The notes beneath the pieces are model-generated. The model worked only from the letters and a program-made list of their open reading frames with translations. It did not search any database and was not told the DNA's origin. Below are positions 1 through 11,405 of a DNA stretch of 64,000 nucleotides, piece after piece. This DNA is from Podarcis erhardii (lineage: Eukaryota), in NCBI GenBank assembly GCA_964252035.1, contig OZ176206.1. The stretch is one strand, 5' to 3'. Numbering within the stretch: position 1 is the stretch's first letter; every line of letters starts with the position of its first letter. The position numbers and the translations under genes were made by a program.

Positions 1-689
1 CACTGCCCCCCCCTCCACTGCAGTGCCAGCCACTCTGAGATTTTATACGCTCAGACACGGAATCCACAAAGTCTGTTTTCTTTTTGAAAGGGGGTGTTGA
101 AGAGAGAGGGGAAGAGAGATAATTTGGGAAGGGGGGGGATTGCTACAGGGGCAGCAAGGGGTTTGGATGGAGGGAGTATGCCAGTGGGGTGGACTGTAAG
201 GAGGGTTTCATCTGAGCCAATGTGCAGAACCCATTTTGAATTCCACATGACAGTCCTAGAACATGCAACGGTAGAAGCATCAGGTCATGGGTATCCCTAA
301 GCATGTGCAGAGAGCTTTTCCTCCCAGGCAAGGGAAACCATCCCACTCCTATCTGTTTGGGATTAGGGTGGCAGGACTTCCAATATAAGTTGATCCCAAC
401 CCCCCACCCACCCACTCACTTCTCTGCCGAGGAATTAAGCATATTTTAAAAGCATCTGGTATTTTCCATTGGTCTGGGGTAAGACAGCTTTTCCTGGCAT
501 AATTGTGGTGAAACAGGTGAGTGGACCTCACTTCGAAGCTGTGTGCTTGCTAGACACCTGGGTGATACCTGCATCCCCCTGAATTAAAGGATAGACAACC
601 AGGAGATGCCCTGACCAGAAGAGAGAGGACAAGGCAGATGCCATAAATGCAGCACTGTTGATAGGGATTGCCTTCCCTGTAAAAGCATC

Positions 690-690
<1 letters not shown>

Positions 691-732
<42 letters not shown>
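691..732. repeat. (AC)21 microsatellite
   Basis: Direct reading. Confidence 0.97.
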
Positions 733-733
<1 letters not shown>

Positions 734-1674
734 ATTGCTCTTCCCAAACCTCTGGGACTGCTGGGGTCACCAGGGCTGTTGCTTACCTTGGTGGATCTGC
801 CTGCCTGCAGGGGATGCCCACCGCAGGTGCGAAGTTTGAAGAGCAGGAGGGAGCGCTTAAGCCATCCACTGAAGGAGACGCTGCCTGCTGTTCTGACTGC
901 TCCTCTTGCTGCTGCTGCTGCTGCTGCTTGGCACCTTCTTCCTCCTCCTTCACCTGCTCTGCCTTCTGAATTGCTTCTCCGCCTCCTCTTGTATCAGTAT
1001 GTGCCCCTCCTAGCAGGGAGAAGGGAGGGGCCCCACTGACCTGCCTCTCAGCCTCATTGGCTGCAGCGAGTGCCTGTCAGCGCACACTGCTCCAGGTGGG
1101 GCTCTGCCTTTCACTCTTGTTCCTCAGCCCAGACCAAGGCTGAAAGGAGAGCTGCCAGGGCACGGTGCCCGCCTGGCATCAGGCAAGTCCCAGCCTGCTT
1201 GCCTGAAGGGCTCTCCCACCCGACCCTTTTGTTTTTGGACAACAAGGGATGCTCATAAGTCACAGCGCTGGAGACAGATGCATAGTGCTTGGAGGAAAGT
1301 AATTGCAGCAGGCTGCCAGCCCCAGTGCCGAGGCTCAGTTGCTGCCCTCAGGACCCAGAAGCCCTTAGACAGAGTTGAAAAGACATCCTCTAAAAAGCCT
1401 CAGCTCTCCCTGATCAGGGTTCTTTCCAGCCCTTCTTTAGCCTGATACTCACATACAGTCACAGTTACATGCTGTGGAAGGGGGCAGAGGGGCAAAGCAA
1501 GCTGTTTTATCCCCAGTTAGTTCATTGCTCAATCTAGCTTAGTACTGCCAACACTGACTGGCAGCAGCTCTCTGGGGTTTCAGATAGGGGTCTCTCCCAG
1601 ATCTGTCTGGGAGATGCCATAGATTGATTGATTCCTGCATGCAAAACATGTGCTCCCCCACTGACCTACAACCA

Positions 1675-1928
1675 CAGGGTGAGCTCCCGTTGTTCGGTCC
1701 CAGCTCCTGCCAACCTAGCAGTTTGAAAGCATGTCAAAGTGCAAGTAGATAAATAGGTACCACTCTGGTGGGAAGGTAAACGGCGTTTCCGTGCACTGCT
1801 CTGGTTCGCCAGAAGCGGCTTAGTCATGCTGGCCACATGAGCTCCCTCAGCCAATAAAGCAAGATGAGCGCCGCAACCCCAGAGTCAGCCACGACTGGAC
1901 CTAATGGTCAGGGGTACCTTTACCTTTA
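1675..1928 (+). mobile_element. Sauria SINE, 5'-truncated and internally deleted
   Basis: GAGCTCCCGTTG...AGTGCAAGTAGATAAATAGGTACC core and (CCTTTA)n tail. Confidence 0.85.
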
Positions 1929-2169
1929 AGGAACCTTTGGCCCTCCAGATGTCATTGAACTACAACCCCACCACCCCTGGCCACTAGCCATGCTTGCTGA
2001 GGCTGATGGGAATTGTAGGCCAGCGCCATGTGGAGAGGCAGAGGTTCCCCATGCCTGCTTTAAAGTAAAGGCAGTGTCTCTGCACATGCTGAGAGGCACG
2101 CTTGACTTTCAGTCTAAGGATGTGTTGGCACTGCAGATATGCAGTGGGGTGACTCCTGACTAAAGTCAC

Positions 2170-2373
2170 GTTACATTACATTTATAGCCCACCTTTTCTT
2201 CGAAGAAGCTCAAAATGGTGTACATACTTCTCCTCTCCTCACAACAACCCTGTGAGGTGGGTTAGGATGAGAGTGAGTGACTGGCCCAAGTGAGTTTCAT
2301 GGTTGAGTGGGAGTTTGAATCCTGGTCTCCCAGATCTTAGTCCCACACTCTAACCACTGCACCACCCTGGCTA
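2170..2373 (-). mobile_element. Older MIR-like/L2-tail SINE
   Basis: CAACAACCCTGTGAGGT core and CTAACCACTGCACCAC head, adjacent to the younger copy. Confidence 0.6.
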
Positions 2374-2595
2374 GTTAACCGAGCCTTGGAGGTGAGACCC
2401 TCCTCCTGCTTGAATCTGGCTGGAATATTTGGGCAAGGAATGGCAACAGAGCAAACAGGAGTTCTGGGTAAAGTAAGCTCTGGACTCTTTTTCCAAAATG
2501 GAAGTTGGGATTCTGAGTTCTGCAACAGAACAGGTGGATGGGAATCCACAAGATAGGGTGTGTGGTTGTGTCAAGACTGAGGGAAATGATGGTAT

Positions 2596-2834
2596 AGAGT
2601 TTGGATTTGATATCCCGCTTTATCACTACCCAAAGGAGTCTCAAAGCGGCTAACATTCTCCTTTCCCTTCCTCCCCCACAACAAACACTCTGTGGGGTGA
2701 GTGAGGCTGAGAGACTTCAAAGACGTGTGACTGGCCCAAGGTCACCCAGCAGCTGCATGTGGAGGAGCGGAGACGCGAACCCGGTTCACCAGATTACGAG
2801 TCTACCGCTCTTAACCACTACACCACACTGGCTC
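2596..2834 (-). mobile_element. tRNA-derived SINE with L2-type tail (Squam3-like)
   Basis: Minus strand GAGCCAGTGTGGTGTAGTGGTTAAGAGC...GGGTTCG...GCCGCTTTGAGACTCC...GATATCAAATCC. Confidence 0.8.
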
Positions 2835-5429
2835 ACACAAATTTAATGCCCAGTACAGGATCTCGAGCAAGCTTCCCCAATCTACTGCCCAGCCAGTGTA
2901 GGAGTTGTAGTCAAAAAGTATATGGAGGGCACCCGGTTTGGGAAGTCTGGGCTCCTGCACACTCCCTTGTTTAGTTTCTCCTTTCCCTCCGCAATGCCTT
3001 TTCAAGAGTCAGCATTTGCTCTGTAACTTCCTTGGGGAAGGAACCTTTTGTTGATGAAATTCTAAAGCGAAAAGTAAATTGAGTAAACTACTCTGTTGTT
3101 AATAAACAAGCAAAGGCAACAGAAGCAGGTCCCGTAGATACCCCATGACCTGAAGGTCACTGGATGGGCAATGTATCTTCCCTTTTGACTCTGATCCTTT
3201 AAGGAATCCATGCCAGTTGGATGGACTGGTCCTTCCCACCCTTTGAGTGTGAGGAAAATCAACTACCCATTCCCTTGCCCCCCAGTTGTCACAATCAGCA
3301 GGAGCCCTCTGAGACCAGGCAGCTTCACTCTCCACTCAGCTCCTGGGCAGGATTGAGGTCTCACCTGCTCCATCACTACACAAGGCTCAGACAGAGGGAA
3401 GGAGATACAGTTTCTTTTGTGAGAAATCTGTCGTCATGATCTTTAAAAAGAGGGAGAAGCAGATTTCAGAAACAAATGTGAAGCATTTCCATGGCAACTG
3501 CCCATGATATGGAAGATTCCCCCCCTTCCTCCTCAGTGCTTCACTGCAACAGCCGATCCTGAAGGTTACAGAGACATTTTTTTTTTTTTTGAGGGGGAGC
3601 TTCTTTTATAACCAAAAGGGACCTATTTGAACAGAAGGAGGGGGCCGGGCTACCTCCCCTGGCCCCCCAAAGCCAGCCAATCCTGTTTGAAATGTCACAG
3701 AGAAACATTTAAGCAACCGAGACAGTAGAAATGGCAAAAAGGGGCATCTCCCTGAGGACAGCCATAAAGACACCAGGCTAGGCAAGGGCCCATCACTCAG
3801 GCATAGAACAGCTGCTTTGCATGAAGAAGGCATCCAGTTTCATCTCTGATATCGTTGATTAAAAGGGTGCAGTCGCAGGGGATGCAAGAGACCGTTCCCT
3901 GCCTGAGACCCTAGACGAAGCAGGAAATTTGGGGCACGACAGACTCAGTGTCTGAAGGCTTCATACATTCACTAAGCACATGCAGAGTTCAGTGGGAAGG
4001 ACCGTAGCTCAGGGATAGAGCACCTGGTGGCAGCTTGGCATGGGACCGGGAAACCTCTGGAGAGATGGTGCTGGCCCCTGTGGACAAGCCTCCTTTAGCT
4101 TTGGATCCTCAGGTGTTATTGGACAGCAGCTCCCACCAGCTCCAGCCACCTTAGCCAGTAGTCCAGGATGTTGGGAGTCACAGGAGCCAACTCCTAAGGG
4201 TCAAGGTCCATTCAGCTCCCTCCAATAAAGTATTTGAGGAGACTGCTCCCCCCCCCCCCAGTTAATGGGCATTGCCATTCAAATGGTGTGCATGCGCATT
4301 GTCTTGTGGCTGATTATGCAGGGCTTGGCTTACCTGACCCCCTCCTCCCCATATTTTATTCAAGTTGGCACTCCTGATGGAAATTGTAGTCCAACAACAT
4401 CTGGGGACCCAAAGAAGGTTGGTGTAGACAATCCTGAGCTGTACTGACCAAGGCTCTTAGTGTATATCAAGTGTAATTAACCCAGCTGCCTGCATTTTTG
4501 GACTGCCATGGGGGGCGGGCTGTCATGATGAACTCTTGCACTTCAAAATTTACCATTGCACCATTGTGAGTGTGTGTGCACACCAGGGCTGGCTGGTCCA
4601 TTAGCATCGATGAGACAGTTCCATTGCTTTCCCCTTCAAAAACCTGCTCAGTAACACTGAATAGGAACAAACAGCAATTCAGGTTTCCTATGGATTGCCG
4701 TTTGCTCTGATCCAGCGGCAAAGAGTGGGGTTGTGGGGGGAAACAACAATACCTACTTAGACAAGGCACTTTAAAGTGTGGACTGGTGTTACCAACAGGT
4801 TCGTGAAAGAGGGGGGAAAGAGAGCTATCAATTAAAAATCCCACAACATTCCCCCCCTTTCCATGATCCTCTGAAGCCTTGAAATATTTATGAAAGATTA
4901 ATTGAATCAGATAATTTGTGAGGCCAAGGGAATCCAGGATCTCTGACTGTTGGGGTAGGGGAGGCAGGATCCACCTTTCAAAACATTAGCAATTAAGGTG
5001 GATTGTGTTTTGTTGTCCCCACTCCACTTCTGGAGGTCAATAGATCATTGGCTACTGGATCATTTTCTCTGCCAGCAAAGCACACACATTCCCCAAGAGC
5101 ATGGAAGAAGGAGGATGCAAGGGTGGTTGTGCGGATTATTTTTGTTTTCATATTACAGTCTTTCAGCAAAGCAAAGGCATTGCTTTTCATCCATCAGCTA
5201 GATGCAGAATTAAAATGCAAGCACTGTGTAGCACGTATAGTGCTATGTTTGGCAACACCTTTTGCTACAGCCAATATCTGTCTAGAATGTATACTCAACA
5301 GTTTGTCCCATGGAGCAAAGTTCCCTTGCAATATTAGTTAAAAGTTGTTTTTTTTACTTTCAGATTTAGTCCTTTTTATTGCTTCCTGTGGAGTGCAAAC
5401 TGAGGGATCAGTGGTGAATTGTCTCTCAA

Positions 5430-5596
5430 TTGTTGTTGTTGTTTAGTCGTTTAGTCATGTCCAACTCTTCGTGACCCCATGGACCAGAGCACACCAGGCA
5501 CTCCTATCTTCCACTACCTCCCGCAGTTTGGTCAGACTCATGTTTGTAGCTTCGAGAACACTGTTCAACCATCTCGTTCTCTGTTGTCCCCTTCTC
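5430..5596 (-). mobile_element. RTE-clade (BovB-type) LINE 3' end
   Basis: Minus-strand RWLNSVLEATNMSLTKLREVVEDRSAWCALVHGVTKSWT followed by a (CAA)n tail. Confidence 0.8.
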
Positions 5597-5819
5597 AATA
5601 GAAGAGGACTAATTAAGGGATTATTCATCACTCCTCCCACAACTGCATTAGACAGGAAGGGATAAAATGAGCTGAATATGCAAGAGGAATTTTTCTGTAA
5701 AAGCCACAATAGCCCTTAGAAGTCTCCATCCCATGTTGTTTTTCCACACTTCCATACTGCATATTCCATACTGCAATTGTGTTTTGCTACAAACAATCAC
5801 CCTGAATCAGGGTGTCATG

Positions 5820-6121
5820 CAGGGGTGTTGCAAGGGGGGTGCATTCCACCCTGAGTGTCATGCTTGGGGGGGTAACAAAATCCCCCCATGTGGATTAGCG
5901 TGGTGGCGCTCTCACCCCCGGCTGGAGGATTTTCACAATTTGCGCAATAGTCGATGTGAAAATCCGCCCGCTGATTGCACAAAAATGTCCTACGATCAGC
6001 CTGGCACCCCTGGCAGGCGTCCTTTGCACCCCCCGGGTGGTGGTGGTTGCATCCCTGATGGGCACTTTAATGCGATTAGTGGTTGGTTTATTGTGATTGC
6101 CAGGTGGCGTTGGCACCCCTG
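5820..6121. mobile_element. GC-rich MITE-like element
   Basis: CAGGGGTG / CACCCCTG termini; no TSD recognised. Confidence 0.35.
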
Positions 6122-6229
6122 GCGGGCCAACCCTTCCTAAAAAGGTCAACAACTCTGGGCAACGTTCCCAAAAATTGCAATGTGGGGTGGTGACAAAAAA
6201 AAGAAAATCGCAGTGGGTACCACCTGACC

Positions 6230-6600
6230 TGGAGCTCAGAGCTCAGGAGTGGTGGTGGGAGAATGATGAATAGTAAGAGGGGAAAGATAAGAAAATACTG
6301 GGAGGACGAAGCTGAAGAGGTAACAGGTCTTAGTGAGCTGGGAGAGTCTTTGACAGAGAGCAGTCAAGAAGCAGGAGCAGAAGCTGAAGCAGGAGAGCAG
6401 AATGGGGAAGGCCAAGAGGCAAAGATCAGCTGGGCTGGTGGAGTCATGAGGGTCTCCTCCCTTGTCTCCCAGAACCAGAAGAGGCATGAAAAGGGCAGAG
6501 GAGAGCTTGGCTGCCTGCAATTGCTTGGAAAAAGTCATGGCAACTGATTTCATGAATGAAGACCACTGGGAATGAGCTGCTCTGCTCATTAGGCCTGACA
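6230..6600. mobile_element. Probable degenerate Gypsy-type solo LTR
   Basis: Purine-rich GAGCAGAAGCTGAAGCAGGAGAG interior ending in CCTGACA; a similar tract lies near 36640-37330. Confidence 0.35.
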
Positions 6601-6750
6601 CTCTGCCAAGTCTGTGGAGGTCATGTTTTTGCTAAGAAAGAGTTAACTCCATCTTTGAATTACAGATAGGTAGCCGTGTTGGTCTGCCATAGTCAAAACA
6701 AAACAAATTCCTTCCAGTAGCACCTTAAAGACCAACTATGTCAGTTCTTG

Positions 6751-6788
6751 GTATGAGCTTTCGTGTGCATGCACACTTCTTCAGATAC
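6751..6788 (-). ncRNA. Second, identical minimal hammerhead ribozyme in the inverted pLTR
   Basis: Exact reverse complement of 7872-7909. Confidence 0.85.
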
Positions 6789-6959
6789 ACTGAAACAGAA
6801 GTTTCCAGACCCTTCTATATAGTGAGAAGGTGGGGAGGGGTATTACTCAGAAGGGTGGTGGGAATGGGTGATTGGCAGATAGCTGTGATGAGCCTGTTGA
6901 CGACTCTTAACGACTGCAATAGGTCTTACAGGAAAAAGCAAGGGGTGAAAAGGTGAAAA

Positions 6960-7691
6960 ATGGCTTTGGTCCAGACCCTTCTATATAGTGAGAAGGTGGG
7001 ACTGATACCCAGAGAGAACTTGCTACAAGACAAACCCAAAAAAGAAAATAACAGAACACCTCTAGTCATCACATACAGCTCCCAAGTTAAAACAGTACAA
7101 TGCATCATCAGAAATCTACAACCTCTCCTGGACAATGACAGTTCTCTTTCTCAAGCTCTGGGAGGAAGACCTTTCATTGCCTACAGACAGCCACCCAGTC
7201 TTAAACAACTCCTAACCCACAATAATACTACAACCAGACCTAACACGGACACTGGCACCAGAGCCTGCAATAAACCCAGATGCCAACTTTGCTGCCACAT
7301 ACACCCGGACAACACCATTACTGGCCCCAACAACATCACACATACCATCTCGGGACTATTTAATTGCTCATCGTCTAACATTGTGTATGCCATAAAATGC
7401 CAACAGTGTCCTTCAGCTCTCTATATTGGACAAACAGGCCAGACCTTACGCCAAAGAATAAACGGACATAAATCGGACATCAGGAATCACAAGACAGAGA
7501 AACCAGTAGGAGAACACTTCAATCTCCCAGGACATTCTATACAAGATCTCAAAGTAGCTGTTTTACTACAAAGGAATTTCAGAAATAGACTGGAAAGAGA
7601 AGCTGCTGAATTACAACTTATCACCAAACTTAAAACCATGGAGAAACCTGGTCTGAACAAAGACCTTGGATTCTTATCTCATTATACATGA
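6960..7691 (+). CDS. Penelope GIY-YIG endonuclease ORF with Cys-rich linker (243 aa, no RT catalytic core)
   Basis: VYAIKCQQC...LYIGQTGQTLRQRINGH...GEHF...REAAE...GLN motifs; upstream CNKPRCQLC linker; uninterrupted frame. Confidence 0.9.
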   Translation: MALVQTLLYSEKVGLIPRENLLQDKPKKENNRTPLVITYSSQVKTVQCIIRNLQPLLDNDSSLSQALGGRPFIAYRQPPSLKQLLTHNNTTTRPNTDTGTRACNKPRCQLCCHIHPDNTITGPNNITHTISGLFNCSSSNIVYAIKCQQCPSALYIGQTGQTLRQRINGHKSDIRNHKTEKPVGEHFNLPGHSIQDLKVAVLLQRNFRNRLEREAAELQLITKLKTMEKPGLNKDLGFLSHYT

Positions 7692-7871
7692 CAAAGCCAT
7701 TTTTCACCTTTTCACCCCTTGCTTTTTCCTGTAAGACCTATTGCAGTCGTTAAGAGTCGTCAACAGGCTCATCACAGCTATCTGCCAATCACCCATTCCC
7801 ACCACCCTTCTGAGTAATACCCCTCCCCACCTTCTCACTATATAGAAGGGTCTGGAAACTTCTGTTTCAGT

Positions 7872-7909
7872 GTATCTGAAGAAGTGTGCATGCACACGAA
7901 AGCTCATAC
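7872..7909 (+). ncRNA. Minimal type I hammerhead ribozyme in the Penelope pLTR
   Basis: GTAT-CTGAAGA-A-GTGTG(CATG)CACAC-GAAA-GC-TC-ATAC: conserved CUGANGA/GAAA core, helix I GTAT/ATAC, palindromic helix II, AGCT helix III. Confidence 0.85.
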
Positions 7910-8606
7910 CAAGAACTGACTTAGTTGGTCTTTAAGGTGCTACTGGAAGGAATTTGTTTTGTTCCATCTTTGAAGTGTGTGATCACTGACTGGCACACTC
8001 CTGTGATACACAGTCTGGTTTACTCTCTTAGGTTGTCTTCAGGGTTACTGCTATTGTTATAATTAACGTAGTATATTTATTAGTCTATTTTATTTTGGTG
8101 GACATACATTAATTCAGGTTCTTGGTGCAATATGAAAGTGGTGGCTGCTTTTAAGTAATTCCTGTTTGTATAGTATATTTTTGTTATGTTATTTTCCTGT
8201 TTTTTAAAACTTGTGTGACCCATTCCAGCTTGCTTTAAAAATGTGGAAGATAGATTTTTAAAAATAACTCATTACATTTTACCTCATCCATGTTTCATTG
8301 TCTGTATCTTAAGCATTTCATGCCTTCTTAAATATTTGTTAGCTGCCCTGAATGTTTCCTAAAACAGAAATGAAGGGGGGGGGGAGGGAAGCTGCCTTAC
8401 ACAGAGTCAGGCCATTGGTCCACCTCCCTAAGTACTGTCCTGGTTGGCTTCCCTGGTTTCAGGCAAGGGTCCTGACTTGGAGATGCCAAGGACTGAACAT
8501 TCAGCCCTTCCACAAGAAAAGTAAATAATCTACTACATTAGACGCTTAAATTCTAAGACACTTGATTTGCCATGACACTGGATCAATACTGAATTGAAAA
8601 GTAGAA

Positions 8607-8700
8607 GTAACTGTGTGAGCCCATAAGAAAAATGTCAAAATGCGACTTTTATTAGGCCACAAAAGGGTATGCCAGTTTTTGAGCTCTCCAGAACTCCAGA
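8607..8700 (-). mobile_element. Old degenerate Penelope pLTR remnant
   Basis: Minus strand gagttctggagagctc-aaaa-ctggcata...ggcctaataaaag...atgggctcacacagttac parallels the hammerhead-plus-tail layout of the young pLTR. Confidence 0.4.
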
Positions 8701-9539
8701 AATGGGAGGCAGGGGGGAGAGAGAGATTGGCTAGTTATGAAGCCGGAGAGTCTGCACTGGATACAATGCAGTAATCTGTTACCTGATTACAGTTCTAGAC
8801 AAGATGTGTTATCAAATATATTTTGAAGCCAGGTAGTTTTCATCCTGCTCTAGACATTCTGCAGTTGCTGGCTGGCCTTCGGCAGCAGCAGGAGGCAGTC
8901 CTCCCTCTTATTTTTCCAAAATACCCCTCTCTTTTCAAAACAGAACCTCCAAGCTAGAGCCATATTTGAAAGGATGTCATGACCAAGGCGAGACCAGCAG
9001 AGGGTGCAGGAGGACATACTGTAGTTATGAGTTTTTTTAATGCTCATTTCTACGGAATGAAGCAAAAAGTGGTGGGATTCTGATCCATCTATTTTCAAGC
9101 ATCCAGAAGTCAGAGGGTACTTGCCCTCCATGAATTTGCCTAAGCCAAGCCATTCAAGTTGGTGGCCATCACTATCTCCTTTTTTTTTTTAGTAGTAGCA
9201 GGCATCTAACAAATGTAATCAACAAACAATCTAATTTAGAGTACAGTGATAACCTCTGCACAGGGCTTTTCGGAAACTTCAGCAGGTTCAGAATGTTGTA
9301 GCCAGGCAAATTATAAGGAACATATGGCACTCTGCATTAAAACAATGGCATCACTGGTGACCCATCTGTTTTCCAGGCACAATTCAAGGTGCTAGTCATG
9401 ACCTACAAAATCCTACAGTGGAAAACAAGTGTGGTGTTGTGATTAGTTTTGGGCTAGGACCTGGGAGACCAGGGTTCAAATCCCCACTCAGCCAAGAAGT
9501 TGAATTTAGAGCCATCCAGTTCAGCACAGTATAGACCTG

Positions 9540-10110
9540 TTAATCAAAATTGGGGAAAGTCACATCAAACTGGGTGATTACATATTCATGTGTGTCCATG
9601 TTGGCACAGCTTGGACTCACAATGCCAGATTGGGCAAAGTCATGACAAAGCCATGCATCAGTCTGCTGTCCTGATTCAAAATGGAGCCCAGCACCAAACA
9701 CAGAGGAAGATTGTCTCCCCCTCAGGAACCCTCATTTAAGTTGGGCCCTGATACCTTCAAATGTATCCATACTGGCACAGGTTGGAACCGTCACAGAAGA
9801 TTGGGCAACAATATTTTCAGAACTGTGTGAATTGCTGCACATTGGTCTGGACCATCATGCCAAATTTGGTGATGTCCCAGCAAATGTGGTGACAATGTCT
9901 TCAGAGCTATCCAAATTGGTGCAGTTTGGCCCATCACACTGAAAATCAGTTGATAACACGCCAAAGTCATATTTCAGTGCACCATCTTGATTCAAATGGC
10001 ACCTGGCATACCAGTCTACAAAGATCACTGCCCCCACCCCAAGAACCCTTGTGCCAAGTTTGGTGATATCTCCAAATGGACCAACAACTTTCCAAAATTT
10101 ATAGTAGATA
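9540..10110. repeat. Degenerate ~170-195-bp periodic repeat, unclassified
   Basis: Recurring TGGCACAG.TTGGA (9602, 9773), GATTGGGCAA (about 9628, 9799), TGATTCAAA(A)TGG (9672, 9988), TGCCAA(A/G)TTTGGTGAT (9858, 10052). Confidence 0.5.
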
Positions 10111-11022
10111 CACACACATGGGATGCTTCAAAGAATGGCAAAAATATATTTCTAGATTTATATGGCAAGGGAAGAAACCAAGAATAAAATATAAATTACT
10201 ATCAGATACGAGAGAAAGAGGAGGTTTCGCCCTGCTGGATTTGAGATTATACTACGAGGCATCTTGCATTTGTTGGATCTGGGACTGGATAATTTTGAAA
10301 AATAAAGATGTGTTAGATCTAGAAGGACACCATAATAGATTTGGATCGCATGCATATTTATGGTATGACAAAGTGAAAGTACACAAAGGCTTTCAGAATC
10401 ATATAATAAGAAAATCAGTTTTTAAAGTATGGGAGAAGTATAAAGATTTACTAGAACAAAAAACACCCTGGTGGCTTTCCCTGTTAGAAGCACTATCTGT
10501 GAAGAAAGTAAATATGAGGACAAATTGGCCAATATATAGAGAGCTGTTAACCAAGGTAGAAAACCACATAAAACTAAAATATTTCGAAGAGGTGAGAGAA
10601 CAGGTAACAGATTGGTTACAATATCATCAATTAAATTACTTTTTAAAAACAGATAAAAAGAAAGGTTCTAGTTATGAATTATCAAGATTTCAAAAAGAGA
10701 TTTTGGAAAATAACTTTAAACTACTGTCTAAAATGTACAATTTGCTCCAGGAATGGGATACGAAAGATGAACAGGTAAAATCTGTGATGATAAAATGGGC
10801 GAAAGATATAATATACAAATGGCGGATTGGGAGAGGCTATGGAAAACTGATCTGAAATTTATGTCATGCTCTTAATTGAAAGAAAACAGCATGAAAATGA
10901 TGTATCGGTGGTACTTAACCCAAGTAAAACTAGCAAAAATGTATAGAACAAGTAACAATATATGCTGGAAATGTAAAGAAAAAGAGGTTACCTTTTATCA
11001 TATGAGGTGGAACTGTAATGTA

Positions 11023-11264
11023 CAGTAGTACCTCAGGTTACATACGCTTCAGGTTACATACGCTTCAGGTTACATACTCCACTAACCCAGAAATAGTGCT
11101 TCAGGTTAAGAACTTTGCTTCAGGATGAGAACAGAAATCGTGCTCCAGCAGCGCGGCGGCAGTGGGAGGCCCCATTAGCTAAAGTGGTGCTTCAGGTTAA
11201 GAACAGTTTCAGGTTAAGTACGGACCTCCGGAACGAATTAAGTACTTAACCCGAGGTACCACTG
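11023..11264. mobile_element. Tc1/mariner (Tigger-like) MITE inside L1
   Basis: TIRs CAGTAGTACCTCAGGTTA / TAACCCGAGGTACCACTG; TA TSD at 11021-11022 and 11265-11266. Confidence 0.88.
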
Positions 11265-11405
11265 TAATCAAAAGATTATGGGAAATGATATATAATGAAA
11301 TGAAAAAAATGTTTAAATTAACCTTTGTTAAAAAACCAGAAGCTTTTTTACTAGGAATTATAGGTACCGAGATTCTAAAAGAACAGAATAAATTATTTAT
11401 GTATA

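Larger units (their letters stand above)
6660..7962 (+). mobile_element. Penelope-like retroelement (Neptune-type), 5'-truncated, with inverted pseudo-LTRs
   Basis: GIY-YIG endonuclease ORF; inverted repeats 6697-6968 and 7692-7963 with one mismatch seen; flanking direct repeat TCCATCTTTGAA at 6648-6659 and 7963-7974. Confidence 0.93.
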
